Source: Escherichia coli (GTDB lineage: Bacteria; Pseudomonadota; Gammaproteobacteria; Enterobacterales; Enterobacteriaceae). From it: a stretch of 64,000 nt of DNA. The notes below the pieces were generated by a model. It had not been told where the DNA came from. It did no database searches and saw nothing but the letters and a program-made list of their open reading frames with translations. The translations under genes were made by a program, and so were the position numbers. The DNA is taken from the NCBI RefSeq assembly GCF_046105845.1, contig NZ_CP151004.1; one strand, given 5' to 3'. Of this stretch, positions 43,265-55,519 are shown piece after piece (the first letter of the stretch is position 1; every line of letters starts with the position of its first letter).

Positions 43265-45166
43265 ATGAAACTACAGAACTCTTTTCGCGACTATACGGCA
43301 GAGTCCGCGCTGTTTGTGCGCCGGGCGCTGGTCGCCTTTTTGGGGATTTTGCTGCTGACCGGCGTGCTTATCGCCAACCTGTATAATCTGCAAATTGTTC
43401 GCTTTACCGATTACCAGACCCGCTCTAATGAAAACCGCATTAAGCTGGTGCCTATCGCGCCCAGCCGCGGCATTATCTACGACCGTAACGGTATCCCTCT
43501 GGCCCTCAACCGCACTATCTACCAGATAGAAATGATGCCGGAGAAAGTCGATAACGTGCAGCAAACGCTGGACGCTTTGCGCAGCGTGGTAGATCTGACC
43601 GATGACGATATTGCTGCATTCCGAAAAGAGCGCGCACGTTCACACCGTTTCACCTCTATTCCGGTGAAAACTAACCTGACCGAAGTACAAGTAGCTCGCT
43701 TTGCCGTCAATCAGTACCGTTTTCCGGGTGTTGAAGTTAAAGGCTATAAACGTCGTTACTATCCTTACGGTTCGGCGTTGACCCACGTCATCGGCTATGT
43801 GTCGAAAATCAACGATAAAGACGTCGAACGCCTGAATAATGACGGCAAACTGGCCAACTATGCGGCAACGCATGATATAGGTAAGCTGGGCATTGAGCGT
43901 TACTATGAAGACGTGCTGCACGGTCAGACTGGTTATGAAGAGGTTGAAGTTAACAACCGTGGGCGTGTTATCCGCCAGTTAAAAGAAGTACCACCGCAAG
44001 CCGGACACGATATTTACCTGACGCTGGATCTCAAACTCCAGCAATATATTGAAACGCTGCTGGCGGGTAGCCGCGCAGCGGTGGTAGTCACCGATCCGCG
44101 TACAGGTGGGGTGCTGGCGCTGGTTTCCACGCCTAGTTATGACCCAAACCTATTTGTTGACGGTATCTCCAGCAAAGATTATTCCGCCTTGCTGAACGAC
44201 CCGAATACACCGCTGGTGAACCGCGCCACACAGGGGGTTTATCCTCCCGCGTCTACAGTTAAACCCTATGTGGCGGTTTCGGCATTGAGCGCCGGAGTGA
44301 TCACGCGCAATACGACGCTGTTTGACCCAGGCTGGTGGCAACTGCCAGGTTCGGAAAAACGTTATCGTGACTGGAAAAAATGGGGCCACGGGCGTCTGAA
44401 TGTCACAAGGTCGCTGGAAGAATCTGCGGATACCTTCTTCTATCAGGTGGCCTACGATATGGGAATCGATCGCCTCTCCGAATGGATGGGTAAATTCGGT
44501 TATGGTCATTACACCGGTATCGACCTGGCGGAAGAACGTTCCGGCAACATGCCTACCCGCGAATGGAAACAGAAACGCTTTAAAAAACCGTGGTATCAGG
44601 GTGACACCATTCCGGTTGGTATCGGTCAGGGTTACTGGACAGCGACCCCAATCCAGATGAGTAAGGCACTGATGATCCTGATTAATGACGGTATCGTGAA
44701 GGTTCCGCATTTGCTGATGAGCACCGCCGAAGACGGCAAACAGGTGCCATGGGTACAACCGCATGAACCGCCCGTCGGCGATATTCATTCCGGTTACTGG
44801 GAGCTGGCAAAAGACGGTATGTACGGTGTTGCTAACCGCCCTAACGGTACGGCGCATAAATACTTTGCCAGCGCACCGTACAAAATTGCGGCGAAATCTG
44901 GTACAGCTCAGGTCTTCGGTCTGAAAGCGAACGAAACCTATAATGCGCACAAAATTGCCGAGCGTTTACGTGACCACAAACTGATGACCGCCTTTGCGCC
45001 ATACAACAATCCGCAAGTCGCTGTCGCCATGATTCTGGAGAACGGCGGTGCGGGTCCGGCGGTTGGTACGCTGATGCGCCAGATCCTCGACCACATTATG
45101 CTGGGTGATAACAACACCGATCTGCCTGCGGAAAATCCAGCGGTTGCCGCAGCGGAGGACCATTAA
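43265..45166 (+). CDS. mrdA: Penicillin-binding protein 2 (633 aa)
   Basis: [36 protein letters not shown]..., STVK, SGN and KSGT transpeptidase motifs. Confidence 0.97.
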   Translation: MKLQNSFRDYTAESALFVRRALVAFLGILLLTGVLIANLYNLQIVRFTDYQTRSNENRIKLVPIAPSRGIIYDRNGIPLALNRTIYQIEMMPEKVDNVQQTLDALRSVVDLTDDDIAAFRKERARSHRFTSIPVKTNLTEVQVARFAVNQYRFPGVEVKGYKRRYYPYGSALTHVIGYVSKINDKDVERLNNDGKLANYAATHDIGKLGIERYYEDVLHGQTGYEEVEVNNRGRVIRQLKEVPPQAGHDIYLTLDLKLQQYIETLLAGSRAAVVVTDPRTGGVLALVSTPSYDPNLFVDGISSKDYSALLNDPNTPLVNRATQGVYPPASTVKPYVAVSALSAGVITRNTTLFDPGWWQLPGSEKRYRDWKKWGHGRLNVTRSLEESADTFFYQVAYDMGIDRLSEWMGKFGYGHYTGIDLAEERSGNMPTREWKQKRFKKPWYQGDTIPVGIGQGYWTATPIQMSKALMILINDGIVKVPHLLMSTAEDGKQVPWVQPHEPPVGDIHSGYWELAKDGMYGVANRPNGTAHKYFASAPYKIAAKSGTAQVFGLKANETYNAHKIAERLRDHKLMTAFAPYNNPQVAVAMILENGGAGPAVGTLMRQILDHIMLGDNNTDLPAENPAVAAAEDH

Positions 45167-45168
45167 TC

Positions 45169-46281
45169 ATGACGGATAATCCGAATAAAAAAACATTCTG
45201 GGATAAAGTCCATCTCGATCCCACAATGCTGCTGATCTTACTGGCATTGCTGGTTTACAGCGCCCTGGTTATCTGGAGCGCCAGCGGTCAGGATATTGGC
45301 ATGATGGAGCGTAAAATCGGCCAAATCGCGATGGGCCTGGTCATCATGGTGGTGATGGCGCAAATTCCTCCACGCGTTTATGAAGGCTGGGCCCCCTATC
45401 TCTATATCATCTGTATTATTTTGCTGGTGGCGGTAGATGCTTTTGGTGCCATCTCTAAAGGCGCTCAACGCTGGCTGGACCTCGGTATTGTTCGTTTTCA
45501 GCCGTCGGAAATTGCCAAAATAGCCGTGCCACTGATGGTTGCGCGCTTTATCAACCGCGACGTTTGCCCGCCATCGTTGAAGAACACTGGCATCGCGCTG
45601 GTGCTGATATTTATGCCCACGCTGCTGGTGGCTGCACAGCCTGACCTGGGAACATCAATCCTCGTTGCGCTTTCCGGTCTGTTTGTACTGTTCCTCTCTG
45701 GCCTTAGCTGGCGTCTGATTGGCGTCGCAGTAGTGCTGGTGGCGGCGTTCATTCCTATTCTGTGGTTCTTCCTGATGCATGATTACCAGCGCCAGCGCGT
45801 AATGATGCTCCTGGACCCGGAATCAGACCCACTCGGCGCGGGCTATCATATTATTCAGTCTAAAATTGCTATTGGCTCCGGCGGATTACGCGGCAAAGGC
45901 TGGCTGCACGGTACTCAGTCACAGCTTGAATTTCTCCCCGAACGCCATACCGACTTTATCTTCGCGGTACTGGCGGAAGAGCTGGGATTAGTGGGCATTT
46001 TGATTCTGCTCGCTCTTTACATTCTGCTAATCATGCGCGGGCTGTGGATAGCCGCCAGAGCGCAAACCACCTTTGGTCGCGTCATGGCTGGCGGCTTAAT
46101 GCTGATATTATTCGTTTATGTCTTCGTAAATATTGGTATGGTAAGCGGTATTCTGCCGGTTGTAGGGGTTCCGCTCCCACTGGTCAGTTATGGAGGATCG
46201 GCGCTAATTGTGCTGATGGCTGGGTTCGGGATTGTAATGTCAATCCACACCCACAGGAAAATGTTGTCGAAAAGCGTGTAA
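45169..46281 (+). CDS. mrdB: Peptidoglycan glycosyltransferase RodA (SEDS family, 370 aa)
   Basis: [45 protein letters not shown]... Confidence 0.97.
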   Translation: MTDNPNKKTFWDKVHLDPTMLLILLALLVYSALVIWSASGQDIGMMERKIGQIAMGLVIMVVMAQIPPRVYEGWAPYLYIICIILLVAVDAFGAISKGAQRWLDLGIVRFQPSEIAKIAVPLMVARFINRDVCPPSLKNTGIALVLIFMPTLLVAAQPDLGTSILVALSGLFVLFLSGLSWRLIGVAVVLVAAFIPILWFFLMHDYQRQRVMMLLDPESDPLGAGYHIIQSKIAIGSGGLRGKGWLHGTQSQLEFLPERHTDFIFAVLAEELGLVGILILLALYILLIMRGLWIAARAQTTFGRVMAGGLMLILFVYVFVNIGMVSGILPVVGVPLPLVSYGGSALIVLMAGFGIVMSIHTHRKMLSKSV

Positions 46282-46291
46282 GAGGTGCGCA

Positions 46292-47380
46292 ATGCGTAAG
46301 CAGTGGCTCGGGATCTGCATCGCGGCAGGAATGCTCGCGGCATGTACAAGCGATGATGGTCAGCAACAGACGGTAAGTGTACCGCAGCCTGCGGTATGTA
46401 ACGGCCCCATAGTTGAAATTAGCGGGGCGGACCCGCGTTTCGAACCACTGAACGCGACGGCAAATCAGGATTACCAGCGCGACGGTAAAAGCTACAAAAT
46501 CGTGCAGGATCCGTCTCGATTTAGCCAGGCGGGACTGGCGGCAATCTATGATGCCGAACCCGGCAGTAACCTGACGGCCTCTGGCGAAGCTTTCGATCCG
46601 ACACAGCTGACGGCGGCCCATCCGACGCTTCCGATCCCCAGCTACGCCAGAATCACTAACCTGGCTAACGGGCGAATGATCGTGGTGCGCATTAATGATC
46701 GCGGTCCTTACGGCAACGACCGCGTTATTTCGCTTTCTCGCGCGGCAGCTGACCGTCTTAACACGTCAAACAACACCAAAGTTCGTATCGATCCGATTAT
46801 TGTCGCCCAGGATGGTTCGCTTTCTGGTCCTGGTATGGCTTGTACCACAGTTGCCAAACAGACTTACGCCCTGCCTGCACCTCCCGATTTAAGCGGTGGC
46901 GCGGGAACAAGTTCAGTGTCTGGCCCGCAGGGTGACATTCTTCCGGTCAGTAATTCGACGCTAAAAAGCGAAGATCCGACCGGCGCGCCGGTAACCAGCA
47001 GCGGTTTCCTCGGTGCACCAACGACGTTAGCGCCTGGTGTGCTGGAAGGCAGCGAACCAACACCTGCGCCACAGCCCGTTGTTACAGCCCCCTCGACAAC
47101 GCCTGCAACCTCGCCTGCAATGGTGACACCGCAAGCCGCCTCACAAAGCGCCAGCGGCAACTTTATGGTGCAAGTCGGGGCCGTTAGCGATCAGGCTCGT
47201 GCGCAACAGTACCAACAGCAACTAGGACAGAAGTTCGGCGTCCCCGGTCGCGTAACTCAAAATGGCGCGGTCTGGCGGATCCAGCTTGGCCCATTCGCCA
47301 GCAAAGCCGAAGCCAGTACCTTGCAGCAACGTTTGCAAACCGAAGCCCAATTACAGTCATTTATTACCACCGCGCAGTAG
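46292..47380 (+). CDS. rlpA: Septal lytic transglycosylase-like lipoprotein RlpA (362 aa)
   Basis: ORF MRKQWLGICIAAGMLAACTSDD..., lipobox LAAC, DPBB domain, C-terminal SPOR domain. Confidence 0.95.
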   Translation: MRKQWLGICIAAGMLAACTSDDGQQQTVSVPQPAVCNGPIVEISGADPRFEPLNATANQDYQRDGKSYKIVQDPSRFSQAGLAAIYDAEPGSNLTASGEAFDPTQLTAAHPTLPIPSYARITNLANGRMIVVRINDRGPYGNDRVISLSRAAADRLNTSNNTKVRIDPIIVAQDGSLSGPGMACTTVAKQTYALPAPPDLSGGAGTSSVSGPQGDILPVSNSTLKSEDPTGAPVTSSGFLGAPTTLAPGVLEGSEPTPAPQPVVTAPSTTPATSPAMVTPQAASQSASGNFMVQVGAVSDQARAQQYQQQLGQKFGVPGRVTQNGAVWRIQLGPFASKAEASTLQQRLQTEAQLQSFITTAQ

Positions 47381-47519
47381 CGTAAAGCAGGCATCTGATG
47401 TGTCAATTTCTGTAAATGACGTTAACAAAGTCACGCGGAAAGTCAGATGCCTGCCGGTAGTGCATTTGCTATAGTAGGGCACTTTTTTTAATTCCATCAC
47501 GGATGTCGTAGTTCAGACC

Positions 47520-48731
47520 ATGAATACCATTTTTTCCGCTCGTATCATGAAGCGCCTGGCGCTCACCACGGCTCTTTGCACAGCCTTTATCTCTGCTGCA
47601 CATGCCGATGACCTGAATATCAAAACTATGATCCCGGGTGTACCGCAGATCGATGCGGAGTCCTACATCCTGATTGACTATAACTCCGGCAAAGTGCTCG
47701 CCGAACAGAACGCAGATGTCCGCCGCGATCCTGCCAGCCTGACCAAAATGATGACCAGTTACGTTATCGGCCAGGCAATGAAAGCCGGTAAATTTAAAGA
47801 AACTGATTTAGTCACCATCGGCAACGACGCATGGGCTACCGGTAACCCAGTGTTTAAAGGTTCTTCGCTGATGTTCCTCAAACCGGGCATGCAGGTTCCG
47901 GTTTCTCAGCTGATCCGCGGTATTAACCTGCAATCGGGTAACGATGCTTGCGTCGCCATGGCCGATTTTGCCGCTGGTAGCCAGGACGCTTTTGTTGGCT
48001 TGATGAACAGCTACGTTAACGCCCTGGGCCTGAAAAATACCCACTTCCAGACGGTACATGGTCTGGATGCTGATGGTCAGTACAGCTCCGCGCGAGATAT
48101 GGCGCTGATCGGCCAGGCGTTGATCCGTGACGTACCAAATGAATACTCGATCTATAAAGAAAAAGAATTTACGTTTAACGGTATTCGCCAGCTGAACCGT
48201 AACGGTCTGTTATGGGATAACAGCCTGAATGTCGACGGCATCAAAACCGGACACACTGACAAAGCAGGTTACAACCTTGTTGCTTCTGCGACTGAAGGCC
48301 AGATGCGCTTGATCTCTGCGGTGATGGGCGGACGTACTTTTAAAGGCCGTGAAGCCGAAAGTAAAAAACTGCTAACCTGGGGCTTCCGTTTCTTCGAAAC
48401 CGTTAACCCACTGAAAGTAGGTAAAGAGTTCGCCTCTGAACCGGTTTGGTTTGGTGATTCTGATCGCGCTTCGTTAGGTGTTGATAAAGACGTGTACCTG
48501 ACCATTCCGCGTGGCCGCATGAAAGATCTGAAAGCCAGCTATGTGCTGAACAGCAGTGAATTGCATGCGCCGCTGCAAAAGAATCAGGTCGTCGGTACTA
48601 TCAACTTCCAGCTTGATGGCAAAACGATCGAACAACGCCCGCTGGTTGTGCTGCAAGAAATCCCGGAAGGCAACTTCTTCGGCAAAATCATTGATTACAT
48701 TAAATTAATGTTCCATCACTGGTTTGGTTAA
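47520..48731 (+). CDS. dacA: D-alanyl-D-alanine carboxypeptidase PBP5 (403 aa)
   Basis: [63 protein letters not shown]..., SLTK, SGN and KTG motifs. Confidence 0.97.
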
Positions 48732-48840
48732 AAATCGAACACTTGAAAGTGTAATTTCCGCCCCCATATACTAAGCATCAGTAAAAAACTCCCGCCTTCT
48801 GGCGGGAGTTGCTATTTAATTACGTTACGCCGGAGCTGAC

Positions 48841-49104
48841 ATGAAAACCAAACTTAACGAACTGCTTGAATTCCCTACTCCTTTTACTTACAAAGTTATG
48901 GGGCAGGCGTTACCTGAGCTGGTTGATCAGGTGGTTGAAGTGGTACAGCGCCATGCGCCAGGTGACTACACCCCAACGGTAAAACCAAGCAGCAAAGGCA
49001 ACTACCACTCGGTATCTATCACTATCAACGCTACTCATATCGAGCAGGTTGAAACACTGTATGAAGAACTGGGCAAAATCGATATTGTCCGCATGGTTCT
49101 GTAA
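48841..49104 (+). CDS. ybeD: UPF0250 protein YbeD (87 aa)
   Basis: [46 protein letters not shown]... Confidence 0.93.
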
Positions 49105-49204
49105 CTCGCTTCTCCGTTACCCGGCTCCTGGTCGGGTAACTCCCCTCTCCTCGCTGTGATATACTTTTCCCCCACTTTTACTCATTCTCCACGGAGATGC
49201 CGTT

Positions 49205-49846
49205 TTGTATCAGGATAAAATTCTTGTCCGCCAGCTCGGTCTTCAGCCTTACGAGCCAATCTCCCAGGCTATGCATGAATTCACCGATACCCGCGATGAT
49301 AGTACCCTTGATGAAATCTGGCTGGTCGAGCACTATCCGGTATTCACCCAAGGGCAGGCAGGAAAGGCGGAGCACATTTTAATGCCGGGTGATATTCCGG
49401 TGATTCAGAGCGATCGCGGTGGGCAGGTGACTTATCACGGGCCGGGGCAACAGGTGATGTATGTGTTGCTTAACCTGAAACGCCGTAAACTCGGTGTGCG
49501 TGAACTGGTGACCTTGCTTGAGCAAACAGTGGTGAATACCCTGGCTGAACTGGGTATAGAAGCGCATCCTCGGGCTGACGCGCCTGGTGTCTATGTCGGG
49601 GAAAAGAAAATTTGCTCACTGGGTTTACGTATTCGACGCGGTTGTTCATTCCACGGTCTGGCATTAAACGTCAATATGGATCTTTCACCATTTTTACGTA
49701 TTAATCCTTGTGGGTATGCCGGAATGGAAATGGCTAAAATATCACAATGGAAACCCGAAGCGACGACTAATAATATTGCACCACGTTTACTGGAAAATAT
49801 TTTAGCGCTACTAAACAATCCTGACTTCGAATATATTACCGCTTAA
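49205..49846 (+). CDS. lipB: Octanoyltransferase LipB (213 aa), TTG start
   Basis: ORF (M)[53 protein letters not shown]... Confidence 0.95.
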
Positions 49847-50105
49847 TTCCATACATCAATGGCCCAATTTACACTGGGTCATTACTCATAATACCTGCTA
49901 ATGCTTTACATCTCCTTCGCGTTTGTATATTTTCTTTATCACTTGCAGAAATGCGATGCTACGCCTTGCTCCGTAACTCACCCCATTGATTAACTTATTG
50001 AAATAGTTGATTGTGGTGAGCAAAAGCGTTCCGTTCCAATTAGACATAAGATTATTGTAATTTTTTTAAATATTATTTTTCCATGAATAAAATTGGAGTA
50101 AGTGC

Positions 50106-51059
50106 GTGGATAGTAATAATCAAATTGAAACCTGTTTAAGCAGAAAGTCGTCAGAAGGTAAACCACAAATATTTACAACCTTACGAAATATTGATCTTAA
50201 CCTTCTGACTATTTTTGAAGCTGTATATGTACATAAAGGGATCGTTAATGCAGCGAAAGTGCTTAATCTGACACCCTCGGCAATCAGTCAGTCTATTCAG
50301 AAACTGCGCGTTATATTCCCTGACCCATTGTTTATTCGCAAAGGCCAGGGTGTCACTCCTACCGCATTTGCGATGCATCTACATGAGTATATCAGTCAGG
50401 GCCTTGAGTCCATTCTTGGCGCGCTGGATATCGAAGGAAGCTATGATAAGCAACGAACGATAACTATTGCGACCACCCCCTCAGTCGGAGCCCTGGTCCT
50501 TCCTGTCATCTATCGGGCGATTAAAACTCACTATCCGCAGCTTTTACTGCGCAACCCGCCCATCAGCGACGCGGAAAACCAACTCAGTCAGTTTCAAACC
50601 GATCTCATCATCGATAACATGTTTTGCACCAATCGTACGGTGCAACATCATGTTCTGTTCACCGACAATATGGTGTTAATTTGCCGTGAGGGAAATCCAC
50701 TACTCTCTTTAGAAGATGACAGAGGGACTATCGACAACGCTGCGCATATACTCCTGTTACCGGAAGGGCAAAATTTCAGCGGTCTGCGGCAGAGAGTTCA
50801 AGAGATGTTTCCGGACCGGCAAATCAGTTTCACCAGCTACAACATTTTGACAATCGCTGCACTGGTTGCCAACAGTGACATGTTAGCGATTATTCCCAGC
50901 CGTTTTTATAACCTGTTTAGCCGTTGTTGGCCGCTGGAAAAACTGCCTTTTCCGTCCTTAAATGAGGAGCAAATAGATTTCTCTATCCACTACAACAAAT
51001 TCAGCCTGCGTGATCCCATCCTGCACGGGGTAATAGATGTTATCCGTAATGCATTTTGA
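50106..51059 (+). CDS. ybeF: LysR-family transcriptional regulator YbeF (317 aa)
   Basis: ORF MDSNNQIETCLSRKSSEGKPQIFTTLRNIDLNLLTIFEAVYVHKGIVNAAKVLNLTPSAISQSIQKLR..., LysR HTH. Confidence 0.9.
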   Translation: MDSNNQIETCLSRKSSEGKPQIFTTLRNIDLNLLTIFEAVYVHKGIVNAAKVLNLTPSAISQSIQKLRVIFPDPLFIRKGQGVTPTAFAMHLHEYISQGLESILGALDIEGSYDKQRTITIATTPSVGALVLPVIYRAIKTHYPQLLLRNPPISDAENQLSQFQTDLIIDNMFCTNRTVQHHVLFTDNMVLICREGNPLLSLEDDRGTIDNAAHILLLPEGQNFSGLRQRVQEMFPDRQISFTSYNILTIAALVANSDMLAIIPSRFYNLFSRCWPLEKLPFPSLNEEQIDFSIHYNKFSLRDPILHGVIDVIRNAF

Positions 51060-51267
51060 AAAAGTATTGTTACAGCCAGATCACAGCGAAGAACGAAAAA
51101 ATGGCACAATCCAACAACAATTTTACATTTTCGCGACCGCTTTGGCTGCTTTCAGGTCCGTTTCAATGATATACTGCCAGTCGTTAATTCAAAAATAGTT
51201 GATAATTACAACAATCTATTGAATTGAAACGCTTTCCTTCGTAATTCGCAACTGGAACACGCACGCT

Positions 51268-52233
51268 ATGAGTAAACCCATTGTGATGGAACGCGGTGTT
51301 AAATACCGCGATGCCGATAAGATGGCCCTTATCCCGGTTAAAAACGTGGCAACAGAGCGCGAAGCCCTGCTGCGCAAGCCGGAATGGATGAAAATCAAGC
51401 TTCCAGCGGACTCTACACGTATCCAGGGCATCAAAGCCGCAATGCGCAAAAATGGCCTGCATTCTGTCTGCGAGGAAGCCTCCTGCCCTAACCTGGCGGA
51501 ATGCTTCAACCACGGCACAGCAACGTTTATGATCCTCGGCGCTATTTGTACCCGCCGTTGTCCGTTCTGTGACGTTGCCCATGGTCGCCCGGTAGCTCCG
51601 GATGCCAATGAACCAGTGAAACTGGCGCAGACCATTGCCGATATGGCGCTGCGTTATGTGGTTATCACCTCCGTTGACCGTGATGACCTGCGCGATGGCG
51701 GTGCCCAGCACTTTGCGGATTGCATTACTGCCATTCGGGAAAAAAGCCCGCAAATCAAAATTGAAACTCTGGTGCCGGATTTCCGCGGTCGTATGGATCG
51801 TGCTCTGGATATTCTGACCGCCACACCACCAGATGTGTTCAACCATAACCTGGAAAACGTACCGCGTATTTACCGTCAGGTACGGCCTGGTGCAGATTAC
51901 AACTGGTCGCTGAAGCTGCTGGAACGCTTTAAAGAAGCGCATCCGGAAATCCCGACCAAGTCTGGTCTGATGGTGGGTCTGGGTGAAACCAATGAAGAAA
52001 TTATTGAGGTAATGCGCGACCTGCGCCGTCATGGTGTGACGATGTTAACGCTGGGGCAATATTTGCAGCCAAGCCGCCATCACCTGCCGGTTCAACGTTA
52101 CGTTAGCCCGGATGAGTTCGACGAAATGAAAGCCGAAGCGCTGGCGATGGGCTTTACCCATGCTGCATGCGGTCCGTTTGTCCGCTCGTCTTACCACGCC
52201 GATTTGCAGGCGAAAGGGATGGAAGTTAAGTAA
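51268..52233 (+). CDS. lipA: Lipoyl synthase LipA (321 aa)
   Basis: [29 protein letters not shown]..., radical-SAM CxxxCxxC (CTRRCPFC) plus auxiliary cluster cysteines. Confidence 0.97.
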
Positions 52234-52264
52234 TCCTGTAATAATTGCTTACATCTGTCTGATA

Positions 52265-52294
52265 AAAAACCCGCTTTTTGAAGCGGGTTTTTTG
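52265..52294. terminator. Bidirectional rho-independent terminator shared by convergent lipA and tatE
   Basis: aaaaaaCCCGCTttttgAAGCGGGtttttt. Confidence 0.7.
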
Positions 52295-52333
52295 TATCGA
52301 ACAAGATATTGAGGGAGCGTCCTGCTCGCCACG

Positions 52334-52537
52334 TCACTCTTTATGAGAGAGCTTTTCAGCCTGAAGATCAACGTCTGCGCCTTTTTTCGCCGCAGCATCG
52401 TCATCATTCATCGCCTTCTTGAACCCTTTAATGGCCGCTCCAAGGTCTCCGCCCAGCGTACGTAACTTCTTAGTCCCAAACAGCAGAACGACCAGCGCCG
52501 CAACTACCAGCAGTTTGGTAATACTAATCTCACCCAT
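52334..52537 (-). CDS. tatE: Sec-independent translocase component TatE (67 aa)
   Basis: [50 protein letters not shown]... Confidence 0.95.
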   Translation of the reverse strand: MGEISITKLLVVAALVVLLFGTKKLRTLGGDLGAAIKGFKKAMNDDDAAAKKGADVDLQAEKLSHKE

Positions 52538-52665
52538 AGATACCTTCTTGACATATAACCGGCAACAGAACGCGCCTTAAAAACCAGAGAATATTAACGG
52601 TCATTCGACGCGCGCACACAATAGCAATCTGTAACAAGGTGAATCAAGCGCCGAGTAAAAAAACA

Positions 52666-53454
52666 TCATAATAATTGCGGCGGCGCAAAGCGACGGTTGT
52701 TTAAGACGGGCAGTTGCGCGCGCACCTGACGCACACGTTCGGGCGTCACTTCCGCCATAATGAGTGCAGGCATTTCTGACGCTGCCGCAATGGTGACGCC
52801 AAAGGGATCTATAATCCGGCTTTGCCCGATATTTTTGTTCCCGCACTCCCCCGCCGCCACCATATAACAGGTGGTATCCAGCGCACGAGCGGCAAGCAAC
52901 GTTGACCAGTGATGCTCTTTGAGCGGCCCACGAACCCAGGCGGCAGGAAGTACCAGGATTTCAGCTCCCTGTAATGCCTGTGCCAGCGCCAGCTCTGGAA
53001 AGCGTAAGTCATAACAGGTCATCAGACCGACCTTCATCCCTTCCACCTCCAGTAACGGAGCTATTTCATTACCAGCATCAACATGGCGTGATTCCTGAAT
53101 GGCAAATGCATCATAGAGATGCAGTTTGGCATAACGGGCGACGATGTTTCCTGCCTGAAGTGCCACCAGCATATTCCATGCGCGCCCCGGCGTTGAAGGA
53201 ACATGAATCGTCAGAATTGTCGTCATCATGTTACGTTTACTTTCTCGCCGTAAACGTCCGAGGAATTTGCCTTCCAGCAGCTGCGCTGATTTAACCGATA
53301 GATCTGCATCATGATCATCACGCGCCAACAATGCTTCCGGCAGGACAAACAGCGAAACGTCGTTTTCCGCCGCCTGCGCCATCAACGAGGCACAAATCTC
53401 AGCGTTCTTTTCCCACACAGATGTAACAGCAAACTGTCCTGCGGCAACCAGCAT
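52666..53454 (-). CDS. ybeM: Carbon-nitrogen hydrolase (nitrilase superfamily) YbeM-like protein, apparently intact (262 aa; alternative GTG start at 53460)
   Basis: ORF ...[47 protein letters not shown]...; E-K-C triad context (MTCYD); AGGAGG 7 nt upstream of ATG 53454. Confidence 0.8.
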   Translation of the reverse strand: MLVAAGQFAVTSVWEKNAEICASLMAQAAENDVSLFVLPEALLARDDHDADLSVKSAQLLEGKFLGRLRRESKRNMMTTILTIHVPSTPGRAWNMLVALQAGNIVARYAKLHLYDAFAIQESRHVDAGNEIAPLLEVEGMKVGLMTCYDLRFPELALAQALQGAEILVLPAAWVRGPLKEHHWSTLLAARALDTTCYMVAAGECGNKNIGQSRIIDPFGVTIAAASEMPALIMAEVTPERVRQVRAQLPVLNNRRFAPPQLL

Positions 53455-53549
53455 TGCCACCTCCTCCTGTCAGAGTCGTAAAATTCGCCAACGGCGATTA
53501 TTCGGCGTTACACTTATCACTCATACAAATCAAATAGCAGGATTTTGCA

Positions 53550-53933
53550 GTGTTACAACTTCTTTTAGCAGTTTTTATTGGCGGTGGTACGGGAAGCGTG
53601 GCGAGATGGCTGTTAAGTATGCGATTTAACCCGCTGCATCAAGCGATTCCGTTGGGGACGCTGGCTGCAAACCTGATTGGGGCATTCATCATAGGAATGG
53701 GATTCGCCTGGTTTAGCAGGATGACGAACATTGATCCAGTGTGGAAAGTATTAATCACCACCGGATTTTGTGGCGGTCTAACAACCTTCTCAACATTTTC
53801 GGCAGAAGTGGTGTTTTTGTTACAAGAGGGCCGCTTTGGCTGGGCGTTACTGAACGTTTTCGTCAACCTTTTGGGGTCTTTTGCTATGACCGCACTGGCT
53901 TTCTGGCTGTTTTCCGCCTCAACCGCACACTAA
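53550..53933 (+). CDS. crcB: Fluoride channel Fluc/CrcB (127 aa)
   Basis: [58 protein letters not shown]..., TTFSTF motif. Confidence 0.95.
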
Positions 53934-53938
53934 AGACC

Positions 53939-53967
53939 AAAAAAAACCCGCTGATTAAGCGGGTTTT
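53939..53967. terminator. Bidirectional rho-independent terminator shared by convergent crcB and cspE
   Basis: aaaaaaaaCCCGCTgattaAGCGGGtttt. Confidence 0.7.
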
Positions 53968-53986
53968 GAATTCTTGCTGACGTATC

Positions 53987-54196
53987 TTACAGAGCGATTA
54001 CGTTTGCAGCAGAAGGGCCTTTGGCACCGTTAGTGATTTCGAACTCTACGCGCTGACCTTCAGCAAGAGTTTTAAAACCATTAGTCTGGATTGCAGAGAA
54101 GTGTACGAACACGTCTTTGCTGCCGTCTTCCGGAGTAATGAAACCGAATCCTTTGGACTCATTAAACCACTTAACGTTACCTTTAATCTTAGACAT
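53987..54196 (-). CDS. cspE: Cold-shock-family protein CspE (69 aa)
   Basis: ORF 53987..54280; internal ATG 54196 gives [69 protein letters not shown]. Confidence 0.97.
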
Positions 54197-54370
54197 CAAA
54201 ATTACCTTTACATGAAAAATAGACACAAATGCTGTGTCGGTTACCAGTACACCAATTGTGGTACGCTTTGTCCAGTGCAACTTTACTAAAAAGTGATAAA
54301 AGTCGCGTTATTTTTGATGTTAATTATTTTACCCATTGATTTTAAAGAGTTTACTAAAATTTCATTTGTC

Positions 54371-54931
54371 TCAAAACTGAAAGCGCATCCAGGCAAAGTA
54401 CACATTGCCATTGTTATAGGTACCCGGAATGTAGGTCATCTGAAAAGTCACTGGACCATAACCCACAGAGGCCAATGGCAGTAGAACCGGGAGAGGGATG
54501 TAATTCCAGTTATCGCGTGCCGTTACGCCAGCGGTGAATCCCAGTCCTAAATGAAAATTTTCATCTGCCAGCGGTCGCCAGGTACTTTCCCATCCGTATC
54601 CGGCAATCGGTTCCCATTTGTTCCACGAGTCCTTAAATGCCATGGCATACAGGCCATGCCAGTTTCCTTTTTCATCCCAACGCGACTGACCAAAACCGCC
54701 ACCCCACGGTCGCTCGTTATAGCGATCGGTTTTTTCTTTGTCGTAAGCGAAACGAGCATGCCAGGTGATGGCAGGAATATATAAATCATAATGTTCAGGC
54801 TGTTGCCAGGTTTGTGTAATATTTTCTCCAAACGTTGTCATCCACTCATCTGCGTTAGCAAAAACTTTACCAACGCTGATTAACTGAATAAAAACAAAGG
54901 AAAAGATAGCGACATATTTACTCACGTTCAT
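54371..54931 (-). CDS. pagP: Lipid A palmitoyltransferase PagP (186 aa)
   Basis: ORF 54371..54955; ATG 54931 gives [64 protein letters not shown]... Confidence 0.95.
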   Translation of the reverse strand: MNVSKYVAIFSFVFIQLISVGKVFANADEWMTTFGENITQTWQQPEHYDLYIPAITWHARFAYDKEKTDRYNERPWGGGFGQSRWDEKGNWHGLYAMAFKDSWNKWEPIAGYGWESTWRPLADENFHLGLGFTAGVTARDNWNYIPLPVLLPLASVGYGPVTFQMTYIPGTYNNGNVYFAWMRFQF

Positions 54932-55415
54932 TTGTGACCATAAAACATTTATCAAAAATCTACTACTAGCATAGCAAAGCTACAATTAACATAACCTTAA
55001 TAGCCCCAACATAAAGAATAATCTGAATAGCTGCTCTATTTATTTCCGCTTGTTTAAGTTAAATATTTCCGCGCATCGATTAAAGATGATGCGTCGTTTT
55101 CTGCGATGGGAATAGTCAAAAAAGAAAAACCAAGTCTTTTTTGATGACAAAATGCAACCAAGAAAAAATTACTTTATTTTTAATAAGATACAAAAAATTC
55201 CTTAACGAAAAATATATTATATATCGTCAACCCATGATCATGGTAGATTATTTTTTGAGCGCACACCCGCGGCTAACACCATTGCAATTAACAAATTTGC
55301 ATCAATCCACCATCAATTTACACACATTATTATGTGATAATTGCCAACCGCTAAATATGCGTTTTGTTATCTATGTATAAAAACAGCAACTTCAATGTCT
55401 TAATGGCAGTTTTTC

Positions 55416-55429
55416 TTGATTTTAATCAG
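55416..55429. promoter_or_regulatory. Candidate FNR site upstream of dcuC
   Basis: TTGATtttaATCAg, close to TTGAT-N4-ATCAA, about 95 bp upstream of the dcuC ATG. Confidence 0.35.
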
Positions 55430-55519
55430 CATTCACCGCCAATTTATTGGGCATATTTTTTTCCTTAAGCTTTAGGAATTTTTTATTATTTACTTTGGGG
55501 CCTGGAGACAGGAAAAATT

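Noticed and set aside
44150-44950. 266-codon minus-strand ORF
   Set aside because: Antisense shadow of mrdA.
51184-52032. 282-codon minus-strand ORF
   Set aside because: Antisense shadow of lipA.
53461-53549. Possible fluoride riboswitch upstream of crcB
   Set aside because: The spacer is only 89 bp and I see none of the conserved crcB-motif pseudoknot elements; enterobacterial crcB is not known to carry this riboswitch.
55141-55380. 79-codon ORF in the pagP-dcuC spacer
   Set aside because: AT-rich, no convincing Shine-Dalgarno, low-complexity product; more likely promoter DNA.
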